Source of the DNA: an uncultured Erythrobacter sp.
GTDB taxonomy: Bacteria > Pseudomonadota > Alphaproteobacteria > Sphingomonadales > Sphingomonadaceae
Direction of reading: 5' to 3'
NCBI GenBank assembly: GCA_947502305.1
Contig: CANMZA010000002.1
Coordinates: forward strand, 275,041-339,040
DNA: 64,000 bases
Shown piece by piece: positions 29,839 through 39,738 of the stretch; the first letter of the stretch is position 1; each line of letters begins with the position of its first letter. Below the pieces are notes generated by a model, which did no database searches, was not told where the DNA came from, and was given only the letters and a program-made list of their open reading frames with translations. The position numbers and the translations under genes are program-made.

Positions 29839-32160
29839 ATGACTATGAATATCCCCTCACTGCGTGCTTCCGCGCGCTTTACCGCCCTGCTTTTGTGCAC
29901 CAGCGCCGCGATCCCCTTCGCCGCTCACGCACAAACCGCCGATGCCGCGCCAGAAGCCGAGCAAGAGCGCACCAGCTCGCTCGACACGATTGGCAATATC
30001 ATCGTGACCGGCACCAAGACCCAAAACCCAGAAGACGTCCAAGACGTGCCTTTGGCCATCACCGCCTTCAACGCCGACACACTGGAAGCCTTGAAGGTTC
30101 GCGATGTTCAGGGTCTGACATTTTCTGCGCCGAACGTATCGCTTGACCAAATCGGCACCAGCCGCGGGCAAGCCAACTTCTCGATCCGCGGCCTCGGCAT
30201 CAATTCGTCAATCCCTTCAATTGATCCAACCGTTGGCGTGTTTGTCGATGGCGTCTATCTGGGCACCAATGGCGGCGTCGTGTTCGATTTGTTCGATCTC
30301 GACAGCGTCGAAATCCTGCGCGGTCCGCAGGGCGTCTTGTTTGGCCGCAATGTCACCGGCGGCGCGGTTCTCATCAACACCGGCAACCCAACCGAAGAGC
30401 TGCGCGGCAAATTCCGCGCGGCGGTTGATGGCCCGATTGATGGCGGACGCGGCGGCGCAAATTACACCGCCAGCGGCGTGATCTCTGGCCCGATCGTCGA
30501 AGACGTGTTGTTGTTCAAAGTCGGCGGCTATTACAACAATGACGAAGGGTATTTCACAAACTCCTTCGACGGTTCAAACCAAGGCGCAGCGGAAACCTAT
30601 ATCATTCGCGGCGCACTCGAAGCGCGCCTGGGCGATCTGACGCTGACGGGTAAGATCGACTATTTCGACAGTGAAGGCGATGGCCCAGCGGCGCAAAACC
30701 GCGGCAGTTTTGAACGCGACACGTTTGATTTCGCCATCGACAATCGCGGTTCTTATTCGAACGAAACGATCAACGCTTCGTTGACGGCGGAATGGGACAT
30801 TGGTCCGGGCACGCTCACCAACATCTTTGGCTATCGCGATTACAGCGCGACCACGGATGCCGATATCGACGCGACGCCATTGTTCCTGTTCCATTCAAAC
30901 ACGGAAACTGAGCAAGACCAGATTTCGAACGAAATCCGCTATGCCGTGTCGACCGATAATTTCGATCTGACCGTTGGTGCGTTCTATTTCGATCAATCCA
31001 TCGCTTACACCGAAATCCGCGAAATTCCGGTGTCGACGCCGCTCACATTCTTTGGCGGCGGTCAGCAGGATCACGAAGTGCTCGGCGCATTTGCAAGCGG
31101 GCAATTCTACGTCACGGACGCGCTTTCGGTGATTGGCGGCATTCGCTGGAGCCAAGAAACCAAGGACGCGGCCATCACCTATGTGCGCCCGCGTGCGGAA
31201 TGTTCGGTCGTCCAAGGGACGTGCCCAACCACCGGCGTGAACTCGTTCATCCCAACAGAGAATAACGGCTTCACCGACAGCGTGCGGTTCCGCAATGTCT
31301 CGCCAAAATTGGGCCTGCAGTATGAATTTGGCGACAGCCAGGTCTATGCGCACTGGACCCGCGGTTTCCGTTCAGGCGGCTATAATTTCCGCATCACCAA
31401 TGCGAACGCTTTTGAAGCAATTGCGGCGGCACCGGGCGGATCCTTCTCGTTTGGCGAAGAGCAAGTCGACAATTATGAAATTGGCGGCAAGTTCCAAACA
31501 GCCGATGGTTCCTTCACTCTCAACGTCGCCGGTTACATCACCACGATTGAAGACATGCAGCGCGAAGTGAACCAGTCGGACCCGGTTTCGGGTGTGGCGC
31601 AATCAATCTTCAACACCGCCAATGCCACCATCACCGGCTTTGAAGCAGAAGCACGGATGCGCTTGTCAGACAGCTTGATCATCACCGCCAATCTGGGTCT
31701 GATCAATGATGAGTATGACGATATTTTGTTCGACATCTCCGGCGACGGTGTGATTGATCAAACCGATCTCGATCTACGCCTTCCGCGCGTTCCAGAGGTC
31801 ACTTGGGGCGTTGGCTTCATCCACGAATTGTTCTTGGGTGACAGCGAAATTCTGACCCGTGTGAATTATCAGTACCGCGATGAATTCGCCTATACCGATA
31901 ACAATCTCGGCTTTGTTCAGGACATCTCCAACCTTGAGGCGAACATCACTTGGGTCACACCGATGGATGGGCTTTCCTTCTCGGTCTATGGCCGCAACCT
32001 GTTTGATGAAGTGCAAGTGGGCGGGGACACACAGATCCCGTTTGGCGGCGCTTTGTCGAACGGCGTGAATCAGCCCTTCGGCGCGGCACCTGCGGCGGGC
32101 ACATTCTCCCCGCTGTCAAAAGGCCGCCAGCTGGGCGTAGAAGCGCTGTTTGAATTCTAA
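29839..32160 (+). CDS. TonB-dependent outer-membrane receptor
   Basis: The track ORF is trimmed to ATG 29839 (AGGAGAG 9 nt upstream). Signal peptide ...AAIPFAAHAQ. Plug-domain motifs (IIVTGTK, VEILRGPQGVLFGRNVTGGAV). A long beta-barrel region ending in a terminal Phe (EALFEF). Confidence 0.9.
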   Translation: MTMNIPSLRASARFTALLLCTSAAIPFAAHAQTADAAPEAEQERTSSLDTIGNIIVTGTKTQNPEDVQDVPLAITAFNADTLEALKVRDVQGLTFSAPNVSLDQIGTSRGQANFSIRGLGINSSIPSIDPTVGVFVDGVYLGTNGGVVFDLFDLDSVEILRGPQGVLFGRNVTGGAVLINTGNPTEELRGKFRAAVDGPIDGGRGGANYTASGVISGPIVEDVLLFKVGGYYNNDEGYFTNSFDGSNQGAAETYIIRGALEARLGDLTLTGKIDYFDSEGDGPAAQNRGSFERDTFDFAIDNRGSYSNETINASLTAEWDIGPGTLTNIFGYRDYSATTDADIDATPLFLFHSNTETEQDQISNEIRYAVSTDNFDLTVGAFYFDQSIAYTEIREIPVSTPLTFFGGGQQDHEVLGAFASGQFYVTDALSVIGGIRWSQETKDAAITYVRPRAECSVVQGTCPTTGVNSFIPTENNGFTDSVRFRNVSPKLGLQYEFGDSQVYAHWTRGFRSGGYNFRITNANAFEAIAAAPGGSFSFGEEQVDNYEIGGKFQTADGSFTLNVAGYITTIEDMQREVNQSDPVSGVAQSIFNTANATITGFEAEARMRLSDSLIITANLGLINDEYDDILFDISGDGVIDQTDLDLRLPRVPEVTWGVGFIHELFLGDSEILTRVNYQYRDEFAYTDNNLGFVQDISNLEANITWVTPMDGLSFSVYGRNLFDEVQVGGDTQIPFGGALSNGVNQPFGAAPAAGTFSPLSKGRQLGVEALFEF

Positions 32161-32186
32161 ACCCGCACAGCGTTGAAAAATTGGCA

Positions 32187-32225
32187 AAAGGGCGCTTCGC
32201 AAAAACGAGGCGCCCTTTTTCTTTT
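32187..32225. terminator. bidirectional rho-independent terminator between convergent genes
   Basis: AAAA-GGGCGCTTCG (32190-32199) pairs with CGAGGCGCCC (32206-32215, one mismatch), then TTTTTCTTTT. An A-run upstream and a T-run downstream allow use on both strands. Confidence 0.65.
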
Positions 32226-32244
32226 GCGGCTTATTTTTGCAGCG

Positions 32245-32691
32245 TCAGTCGCGCGCCAATAGCAATATCGCCATATGCGCATTGTCCATGCCGACAAATG
32301 CCCATTCAATCCGCGCATCCGTCAGCGGGTTCCACAGCCCTTCTAGACGGTTAGAAACTAGGGTGCGCGGGGCATCAAACAGAGCGCAGAAATCCTGCGC
32401 GCAGGCCGCCGCGCCATCCGCGCCTAGCCATGCCTGTTTCGGGAATTCCATATCATTTTCGAGCGCGCCGGCAATCACGCCCAAGGCCGATCGCGCATCG
32501 CCCGCGCCGCCATCCGCATCAAGCAATTCCCAATTGTAGCCAATCGTCTTGAGCCCCAATTGCGCCGCCGCCGCGTCGGCGATTTGGCAATGATTGCCCG
32601 GTGCATCCGGCAGCGGCATGGCCCTAAACACCACCCTTGCGCCCTCCTCTAGCGCCGCCCCCCAATCGCTCCAGAAAGTCGCCGCGCTCAT
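32245..32691 (-). CDS. hypothetical protein, translationally coupled to yggS
   Basis: 148 aa, acidic, with no TM segment or signal peptide. Its ATG overlaps the yggS stop (ATGA at 32688-32691). No family recognised by eye. Confidence 0.5.
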   Translation of the reverse strand: MSAATFWSDWGAALEEGARVVFRAMPLPDAPGNHCQIADAAAAQLGLKTIGYNWELLDADGGAGDARSALGVIAGALENDMEFPKQAWLGADGAAACAQDFCALFDAPRTLVSNRLEGLWNPLTDARIEWAFVGMDNAHMAILLLARD

Positions 32692-33362
32692 CCGTCTTGG
32701 CTTGGGCGTGCGCCAAACAAAGCCGTGCCCACGCGAATATGCGTCGCGCCCAATTGGACGGCGGTTTCATAATCGCCGCTCATGCCCATCGACAGATCGT
32801 TTACCCCATTGTCATCCGCCAATTTGGCCAGAAAGGCGAAGAACGGCGCGGGTTCTGTATCCGCAGGCGGCAGGCACATCAGGCCCGCCAGCGGAATATC
32901 GGCGGCCCTAACCTGCGCAATAAAATCGGGCAGGTCAGCAATGCGGCAACCGCCTTTTTGCGGCTCATCACCAATATTGACCTGGACAAAACACGGCACC
33001 CGGCGGCCACTCTTATCCATCGCCTTGGCTAAGGATTTGAGCAGGCTGACGCGGTCCAAAGAATGGATAACATCAAACAATGCCGCGGCCTCTTCGGCTT
33101 TGTTCGATTGCAATTGGCCGATCAGATGCAATTCGGTGTCTGGAAAACGCGCCCGCAATTCGGGCCATTTTTCCTGCGCTTCTGCCACACGGTTTTCACC
33201 AAACACCCGCTGACCAGCCTCCAGCAAAGGCACAATCCGCTGCGCCGGATGCGTCTTGCTGACCGCGATCAACGTCACATCCTCAGGCTCTCGCCGGGCG
33301 GGTTTGCTCATGCGCGCAATGTTGGCGCGGACATTTTCGAGACGACTGGCTGCACTTTCCAT
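32688..33362 (-). CDS. yggS: YggS-family pyridoxal-phosphate homeostasis protein
   Basis: I start at ATG 33362 (224 aa). Motifs LIAVSKT (PLP lysine), FGENRVAEA, HLIGQLQSNK, LSMGMSGDYETAVQLGATHIRVGTALFG. Confidence 0.9.
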   Translation of the reverse strand: MESAASRLENVRANIARMSKPARREPEDVTLIAVSKTHPAQRIVPLLEAGQRVFGENRVAEAQEKWPELRARFPDTELHLIGQLQSNKAEEAAALFDVIHSLDRVSLLKSLAKAMDKSGRRVPCFVQVNIGDEPQKGGCRIADLPDFIAQVRAADIPLAGLMCLPPADTEPAPFFAFLAKLADDNGVNDLSMGMSGDYETAVQLGATHIRVGTALFGARPSQDG

Positions 33363-33385
33363 GGCGGACCCGCTATAGTGCCCGT

Positions 33386-33946
33386 GTGAGTTATTCAACG
33401 CCTCTTGCGCGCTTCTTGGCACATCGCTGGCTGATATCCGACGCGCGCAATGATGCCGTGTTGGAGGACGCCTTGCGGCGATTGCCCAGGGGGAGCGGGT
33501 TTATCTATCGCCATTATCACTTGGACGATCCGCAGCGGGCGCAGCGTTTTGAGGCGCTGCGCCAAGTCGCAAAAGGGTGCGGCCACACGGTTATTCTGGC
33601 TGACAGCGCCCTGACCGCCGCCGAATGGGGCGCAGATGGAGTCTATGGCAGCGCGCGTTCGCTCTGCCCCCGGCGAAAGGGTCTTTTGCATTTGGCAACC
33701 GCGCATGATCTGCACGAAATCGGGCTGGCCAATCGCTACGGGGCGGATGCGGTTTTACTCTCGCCGGTTTTCCCGACACGCTCGCACCCGGATGGCAGGA
33801 CGCTGGGCCCGGTGCGGTTCCGTATGCTGGCGCGCGCCTCCCAAGTGCCGGTCATTGCGCTGGGCGGGATGGATATTGGCAAGGCGCGCCGTTTGAAGTG
33901 GCGACGCTGGGCGGCGATTGATGGGCTTTCGTCTCAGATTCCTTGA
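33386..33946 (+). CDS. thiamine-phosphate synthase (ThiE)-like protein
   Basis: 186 aa TIM-barrel-like protein. The C-terminal LLSPVFPTRSHPD ... VIALGGM pattern is typical of the ThiE/TenI family. No TPP riboswitch upstream. Confidence 0.65.
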   Translation: MSYSTPLARFLAHRWLISDARNDAVLEDALRRLPRGSGFIYRHYHLDDPQRAQRFEALRQVAKGCGHTVILADSALTAAEWGADGVYGSARSLCPRRKGLLHLATAHDLHEIGLANRYGADAVLLSPVFPTRSHPDGRTLGPVRFRMLARASQVPVIALGGMDIGKARRLKWRRWAAIDGLSSQIP

Positions 33947-34006
33947 CCCGGACTCGTCAAAGATTCATGGTGTGTTCCGTATCGATTGCCCCCATAGGAC
34001 CACGCA

Positions 34007-36439
34007 ATGGCGACCCGCGCTATGACTAACCGTAACTCCGCCGCAGATTGGCGCATCGGCCTGCGCCGCAGCATGCGCCGTGCCGCGCAAATGACCGGCG
34101 CTGGCATCTTGCTCAGCGTGATGGTTTTTCTCGCTCTCGCATTGGCTAGTTACACACAAACCGACCCCAGCCCATCGACCGCCGCCGCAGACGGATTGAT
34201 CGGCAATTGGATGGGCCGCTGGGGTGCGTGGGCGTCCGACAGAGTGCTGTTCGCCTTTGGTTTGCCGGGCATATTGCTGTTGCCATTGCTGTATATTTCG
34301 GCGCGCAAATTGTGGCGCGCGGTGGAATTGGACAGCGGAGAAGGCGCCGATGTTTATGAGGGCGAAAACACGCGCTGGTGGTTACCGGCCGGCCTGCTGC
34401 TCATCGCGATGATGCTGCTTGGCACGGTGCTCTCACTTGCCTTTGGCACCAGCGGCAGCGGCACTTTGCCTGCGCAATTGGGCGGGGTGTCCGGATTGCT
34501 GGGGGCTGGCGGTATCGAAGCGGTGGCGACGCGATTTGGTGGCGGCGCAGCGGGATGGATTATTCTGGCGGCGGCTTTGCTGTGCCTTGGCGCGGGCACG
34601 GCCATGATCACCCGCGTCTTTGCCATTGATTGGCGCGCCCTTCTGACATTGCCCAATTTCATCGGCAGCAGCGCGATTGGCGGCGCAATCTTGTCGCGCC
34701 TGCCATTTGGCAAAAACCGCAAGCCTCAGCTGACCTTTGCAGAAGACGACAGCAATGACGGCACCAGCATCGAAGCGCCCGCGGCGAAATCGCGGCGCAA
34801 ACCAAAGATATCGGCAGAAACTCCGGCGGAACCAAGCCCCCGCCGCGCGCCGGAAATCAGCGATCCTTCTGCTCCGCCAAAACGCGCAGAACCGGCCAAG
34901 AAAAATCAGCGCGATATGTTTGCGGCCTATGAATTGCCTAGCCTCGATCTGCTTGCCGACCCGCCCGTGGATACGGGGCCAAAGCTCGACAAGCTGGCGC
35001 TCGAACGCAATGCGCGATTGCTGGAAAATGTCCTCGATGATTTCAATGTGAAGGGCGAGATTACGGCGGTGCGCACCGGCCCCGTTGTGACCATGTATGA
35101 ATTGGAGCCCGCCCCAGGCATCAAAGCCAGCCGCGTCGTTGGCCTGGCCGAAGACATCGCGCGCAATATGTCCGCGATCAGCGCGCGCGTCTCCCCGATC
35201 CCGGGCAAAACGGTGATGGGTATCGAATTGCCCAACACGGACCGGCAAATGGTGATGCTGCGTGAATTGGCCGCCTGCGCCGCATTTGCTGAAGCGAAGG
35301 GGAATTTGCCCATAATTTTGGGCAAGGATATTGCTGGCGAACCGATCATTGCTGACCTTGCCGCGATGCCGCACTTGCTGGTCGCTGGTACGACAGGCTC
35401 GGGTAAGTCGGTCGGGCTCAACTGCATTATTTTGTCGCTGCTGTATCATTTCACGCCCGCCGAATGCCGGATGATCCTGATCGATCCAAAGGTGCTGGAG
35501 CTGGCGAGTTACGACGATATCCCGCACTTGCTCTCACCCGTGGTGACAGAACCGCACAAATCCGTGCGCGCTTTGAAATGGGCAGTGGAGGAGATGGAGC
35601 GCCGATACCGAATGATGAGCAGCATCAATTCGCGCAATATCGGCAGCTTCAACGACAAGGTGAAAGCGGCAATCGCCAAAGGCGCGCCGCTAGGCCGGAG
35701 GGTGCAAACCGGTTTCGACCCAGACACGGGCGAGCAGCTTTATGAAGAAGAGCAGCTCGATTACGCGCCGCTGCCTCAGATCGTTTTGATCGTTGATGAG
35801 CTGGCCGATTTGATGGTCACAGTTGGCAAAGAAATCGAAGTTCTGATCCAGCGTCTGTCGCAGAAATCACGCGCGGCGGGCATTCACCTGATCATGGCGA
35901 CGCAGCGGCCATCGGTCGATGTCATCACCGGCGTGATCAAAGCCAACTTGCCAACCCGCATCAGCTTTAAAGTCACCAGCCGCATCGACAGCCGCACCAT
36001 TCTGGGCGAGCAAGGCGCGGAACAATTGCTGGGCAAAGGCGATATGCTCTATAAGCCCAATACCGGCGCAACGGTGCGCGTCCACGGCCCATTCGTGTCC
36101 GATGATGAGGTTGAGGCGGTCGCGGATTTCTGGCGGGCGCAGGGCGCTCCTGAATATGTCGACGCCGTAACCGAAGAACCCGAAGATGGCGGCGGTCTGA
36201 ATTTTGAAGATGACCTGACCGCATCCGACAGCCCGGAAGAGCGCAAATACCGCCAAGCGTGCCAGATCGTTGTCGAGAACCAAAAGGCGTCAGGCTCTTG
36301 GTTGCAGCGCCAGATGGGCGTTGGGTACAACACAGCGGCGAAATGGATTGAACGAATGGAAAGCGAAGGTCTGGTCGGCCCTGCAAACCATGTCGGGCGC
36401 CGCGAGATTTTCCGCGATCAGGACGGAAACCCTATCTGA
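34007..36439 (+). CDS. ftsK: DNA translocase FtsK
   Basis: 810 aa. N-terminal TM segments, then a Pro/Ala-rich linker. Motor domain with Walker A GTTGSGKS and Walker B LIVDELADL. C-terminal gamma winged-helix (SGSWLQRQMGVGYNTAAKWIERME). Confidence 0.95.
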   Translation: MATRAMTNRNSAADWRIGLRRSMRRAAQMTGAGILLSVMVFLALALASYTQTDPSPSTAAADGLIGNWMGRWGAWASDRVLFAFGLPGILLLPLLYISARKLWRAVELDSGEGADVYEGENTRWWLPAGLLLIAMMLLGTVLSLAFGTSGSGTLPAQLGGVSGLLGAGGIEAVATRFGGGAAGWIILAAALLCLGAGTAMITRVFAIDWRALLTLPNFIGSSAIGGAILSRLPFGKNRKPQLTFAEDDSNDGTSIEAPAAKSRRKPKISAETPAEPSPRRAPEISDPSAPPKRAEPAKKNQRDMFAAYELPSLDLLADPPVDTGPKLDKLALERNARLLENVLDDFNVKGEITAVRTGPVVTMYELEPAPGIKASRVVGLAEDIARNMSAISARVSPIPGKTVMGIELPNTDRQMVMLRELAACAAFAEAKGNLPIILGKDIAGEPIIADLAAMPHLLVAGTTGSGKSVGLNCIILSLLYHFTPAECRMILIDPKVLELASYDDIPHLLSPVVTEPHKSVRALKWAVEEMERRYRMMSSINSRNIGSFNDKVKAAIAKGAPLGRRVQTGFDPDTGEQLYEEEQLDYAPLPQIVLIVDELADLMVTVGKEIEVLIQRLSQKSRAAGIHLIMATQRPSVDVITGVIKANLPTRISFKVTSRIDSRTILGEQGAEQLLGKGDMLYKPNTGATVRVHGPFVSDDEVEAVADFWRAQGAPEYVDAVTEEPEDGGGLNFEDDLTASDSPEERKYRQACQIVVENQKASGSWLQRQMGVGYNTAAKWIERMESEGLVGPANHVGRREIFRDQDGNPI

Positions 36440-36481
36440 GTGGGCCTATCTGATAGCGCCTATTTGATTGGGCAGATCCAA

Positions 36482-37060
36482 TCATTCGCCCAGATCAGGC
36501 ACTGATGTTGCACTTGCATCACCGCCTTCGGGGCCCTCAGCGTCTTCAATATCGTCAGGCCCGTCGCGCTCCAACAGCTCAGCGTCGGTTAGCGGGCGAA
36601 AGGTGATGTCCTGCGGCGTAATCCGTTTGTTTTCACCCAGCCGAATTTTGACAATCGCCCGTACATCGCGATCTCGCATCCTGCGCTCTAGTTCCAATGC
36701 GCGATCCTGCCCGACGTAAAATCGGCCCCGGATCAGGCTGTTATTGCCGTAAACGCTGCCGGGATCGGCTTCTGCGGGAAATTCGCAATCGCCAAAATCA
36801 CCCTCAATCCGCGCGGCTATGGCCATCCCATCGGCCCCGCGTGAAATGCAAATTCGCTCAGGCGGATCGCCGTCCTCTAGACCGGGCCAATCATAGGCAA
36901 ATTGCACATAATGCCCGCGCAGCAAATCGCGCGGATCATAGCCGGCGACCGGCACCTCCCAAATGGTGCCTTGATGGCTTTCATACTCGCTCACGCCCCA
37001 CAAAGCGCCAAGGCCGAAAACCGGCAAAACAAACGCAGCCAAATGCAAAGAGGGTTTCAT
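36482..37060 (-). CDS. GDYXXLXY-domain protein
   Basis: 192 aa with an N-terminal signal/anchor. The motif variant YDPRDLLRGHYVQFAY matches the GDYxxLxY pattern (G-H-Y-x-x-F-x-Y). The ATG overlaps the stop of the upstream DUF2157 gene (ATGA). Confidence 0.72.
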   Translation of the reverse strand: MKPSLHLAAFVLPVFGLGALWGVSEYESHQGTIWEVPVAGYDPRDLLRGHYVQFAYDWPGLEDGDPPERICISRGADGMAIAARIEGDFGDCEFPAEADPGSVYGNNSLIRGRFYVGQDRALELERRMRDRDVRAIVKIRLGENKRITPQDITFRPLTDAELLERDGPDDIEDAEGPEGGDASATSVPDLGE

Positions 37061-38274
37061 TCAGCATCTCCCTCAGCGTCTGTCTCAGCATCTCTGTCAG
37101 CATCTCTCTCAACACCGGCTAGATCGCCGCGCGGTGCGTATTCGCGGCTGACCCGGACGGCGCCCCAAGCGATCATCAGGATCATCACACCTGACAGGAT
37201 AAGGCCGAAACCGCTGAGCAGAAGGTCGCTCGCCAATTCAAAGCTGAGCACGATCAAGCGCAGAGCAATCACCGCCACCGACACTTGGAACACACCGCGC
37301 CAACCGGCAAACAGCGCCGCGGCGCCGATCCCGGCCCACAGCCCCAAAAACACCAGCGCGGCCAGCACATCCACGCCATCAAACGCAAAAGCGAGCGCCG
37401 CGCTCAAACCGGCGCCCGCGATGATCGCGCCGGACATCTGCCCCGACGATCCGGGCCGCGCCAGAATGACAAGAACCCCGGCGACCATGGTCAAAACGGC
37501 GCGCAGGATATGCCCGCCATTGCTGCCAAACACTTCCTCGCTGCCCAACACGCCCGCGCTCGCCGCGATGCAGTACAGCGTCGCTCCGCCGACCGCATAG
37601 ATCAGTCCCATTTGCTCGATCCGCCGCCAGAACCCCTCGCGCATACCGTCTTGATTGGTATTTCTAAGGCGCATCCACGCACCCAGCGGCGCAAACAAAA
37701 CCGGCAGACAAGTCACCGCCGCGCTCCACAAATAGAGCGGCGAGGACGCCTCGCTTCGTAGCAGGGAATGGACCGCCCAATTGTATTCCCAAGCGGCATA
37801 AATCGCGCCGCCCACAACGCAGGCCGCAATAAGCCAGCTGCGCCCCTTCAGCAGTAGCAGAGGCGCAAACAGCACCAGCCAAGTCGCCAAAGGTTTCCAA
37901 AGCGGCGAGGTCGTTTGATAGACTTGGCCAAGGTGGCCGAAGAATGTCAGCCCCAAGATCGCGGCCACAAATAGCAACGCTTCATTCGCCCAAGGCCACA
38001 TTTTCGCCAGCGACGCACCGCGCATGAACACCGCCGCCAAGGCCGCAATGATCAATGCCAGATGGATTGCGAGGCGTGTCTGGCCGGGAATATCTTCCCA
38101 ATTGGCCGCGACCACAGAAATCAGGCCCAGCCCAATTGTAAGAGCGCCAATGCCAAACACCGCCCATAAAGCGAGCGGGCGGGAATTTTCCGCTTCGTAA
38201 TGGATCAGGCGCGCATGCGTATCCGCATCAATCAAGCCAGCTGCGTGCCACTCATTGATCTTGCGCGTGCTCAT
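37057..38274 (-). CDS. DUF2157-type polytopic membrane protein
   Basis: 405 aa. The soluble N-terminal helix INEWHAAGLIDADTHARLIHYE is typical of DUF2157. It is followed by about 11 TM segments and an acidic repeat tail DADRDAETDAEGDAE. Confidence 0.68.
   Translation of the reverse strand: MSTRKINEWHAAGLIDADTHARLIHYEAENSRPLALWAVFGIGALTIGLGLISVVAANWEDIPGQTRLAIHLALIIAALAAVFMRGASLAKMWPWANEALLFVAAILGLTFFGHLGQVYQTTSPLWKPLATWLVLFAPLLLLKGRSWLIAACVVGGAIYAAWEYNWAVHSLLRSEASSPLYLWSAAVTCLPVLFAPLGAWMRLRNTNQDGMREGFWRRIEQMGLIYAVGGATLYCIAASAGVLGSEEVFGSNGGHILRAVLTMVAGVLVILARPGSSGQMSGAIIAGAGLSAALAFAFDGVDVLAALVFLGLWAGIGAAALFAGWRGVFQVSVAVIALRLIVLSFELASDLLLSGFGLILSGVMILMIAWGAVRVSREYAPRGDLAGVERDADRDAETDAEGDAE
37061..37108. 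repeat. 12-nt imperfect tandem repeat x4 (TCAGCATCTCYN) encoding the DAxx tetrapeptide tail
   Basis: Units at 37061-72, 37073-84, 37085-96 and 37097-108, read directly from the sequence. Confidence 0.8.
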
Positions 38275-38331
38275 GCGCCGGACATAGCGCCATCGCCTTT
38301 GATCAGCAAACGGCCCAAATCTCTGCCTGAA

Positions 38332-39471
38332 TTACGGCGCTTCGGTTGTCTCACTGGCGGCCGCAACATCCCCGGAACTATCGCCAGAACTGTCAGGTGT
38401 ATTTTCAGCGGTACTTTCGCCGGTCAATTGCGCGCGGCTCAGCGTCAGACGCTCGGTCACGCGCCGCTCATTCAAGGTCATCGCATCCGCCGGTGATGCG
38501 ACCATACCAATCGCCGCCAGCGGCCCGCCAATGGACCAATCGCTCACCCATTGCTGCAAATACAAATCGAGGCCGGGAATGGCGCGCATATGCGCCTTCT
38601 TCACATAGACATAAAGCGGGCGGGCGCCGGGATAGGAGAAATTCGAGATGTTCTCATAGGTCGGATCCACCCCGTTCATCGGCAAGCCTTGGACCTTATC
38701 CGCATTCTCATCGAGATAGGAAAAACCAAAGATACCGACGGAACGCGGATTGCTTTCGATCTTTTGGACGATGAGGTTGTCTTGCTCCCCCTGATCAACA
38801 TAGGCGCCGTCGGAGCGGACCTCTGTGCAAATGCGCTGATGCTGATCTTTGTCCTCGTCTTTGAGCGCCTCCATCGCCGGATTGGTGTCGCATCCGGCCT
38901 CCAGCACCAATTCCTTCAACGCATCGCGCGTGCCCGATGTGCTGGGCGGGCCGTAAACCAAAATCGGCTCCGCAGGCAGCGACGGATCGACATCCGCCCA
39001 TGTCTGCGCGGTCTGCTCCTCGCCATAAGGGTTCGCGGCCAGCGCCTCGTAAACAATACGCGGCGACAGGTTGAGCATGATGCCATCGCGCGCCGAAGCA
39101 AAAGCGATCCCGTCCAAGCCGACTTGCAGTTCGATAATGTCTGTTACTCCATTGGCCTGACATTTTTCAAATTCGGAAAGTTTCATGCGGCGCGAGGCAT
39201 TGGCCATGTCTGGCGTGTCTGCGCCGACCCCTTGGCAAAACAGTTGCATGCCGCCGCCCGTTCCGGTCTGTTCGATCAATGGCGAACTAAAAGTCGGATT
39301 TGACCGGGCAAACCGTTCTGCGACTTGTTTGGCAAAGGGATAGACGGTTGATGAGCCGACCGCCCGAACCCAATCGCGCGAAGCCCCGCCGCCATCACAG
39401 CCGCCCAGCGGCACAGCCAACAAAGCAGCGGAGAGGCCGAGAAAGCCCATGATTGAAGTGTTTTTCGCCAT
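38332..39471 (-). CDS. PstS-family (phosphate-binding-like) periplasmic substrate-binding lipoprotein
   Basis: I start at ATG 39471 (379 aa). Lipobox AVPLGGC. The pattern GSSTVYPF ... GTGGG ... SGTRD is typical of PBP-like_2/PstS domains. C-terminal Ser/Asp/Gly-rich tail. No pstCAB genes adjacent. Confidence 0.8.
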   Translation of the reverse strand: MAKNTSIMGFLGLSAALLAVPLGGCDGGGASRDWVRAVGSSTVYPFAKQVAERFARSNPTFSSPLIEQTGTGGGMQLFCQGVGADTPDMANASRRMKLSEFEKCQANGVTDIIELQVGLDGIAFASARDGIMLNLSPRIVYEALAANPYGEEQTAQTWADVDPSLPAEPILVYGPPSTSGTRDALKELVLEAGCDTNPAMEALKDEDKDQHQRICTEVRSDGAYVDQGEQDNLIVQKIESNPRSVGIFGFSYLDENADKVQGLPMNGVDPTYENISNFSYPGARPLYVYVKKAHMRAIPGLDLYLQQWVSDWSIGGPLAAIGMVASPADAMTLNERRVTERLTLSRAQLTGESTAENTPDSSGDSSGDVAAASETTEAP

Positions 39472-39738
39472 CGAAGTCCCTAAGAATCTGGTGCCAGAAC
39501 CAGCACAAGCCGCGCCGTTTTCTCTGCTGCTTGGCCTTACCCCCCCTCTGTGACATCGCCGTGACGCAGCGCAGCAAAACCTGATGTTTGATATTGGCCT
39601 GTCAAACCACTCGGCCAAGAATTCGCCATCAAATATCGTAATACTGCAATTCTATGATTACCTTCGCAGCTTTACTTTAACTCTTGTATAGAATTGTTTC
39701 TCTTCGACTTAAGGGGATCGTAACGGCTGCCTCTCTAT

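Noticed and set aside
39647-39696. 9-bp inverted repeat CAATTCTAT-N32-ATAGAATTG in the AT-rich region upstream of the diguanylate cyclase gene. A similar case is the 7-bp palindrome ATGCACA-N7-TGTGCAT at 2477-2497.
   Set aside because: These are short repeats in AT-rich promoter DNA and could easily arise by chance. There is no second copy or associated regulator to support a function.
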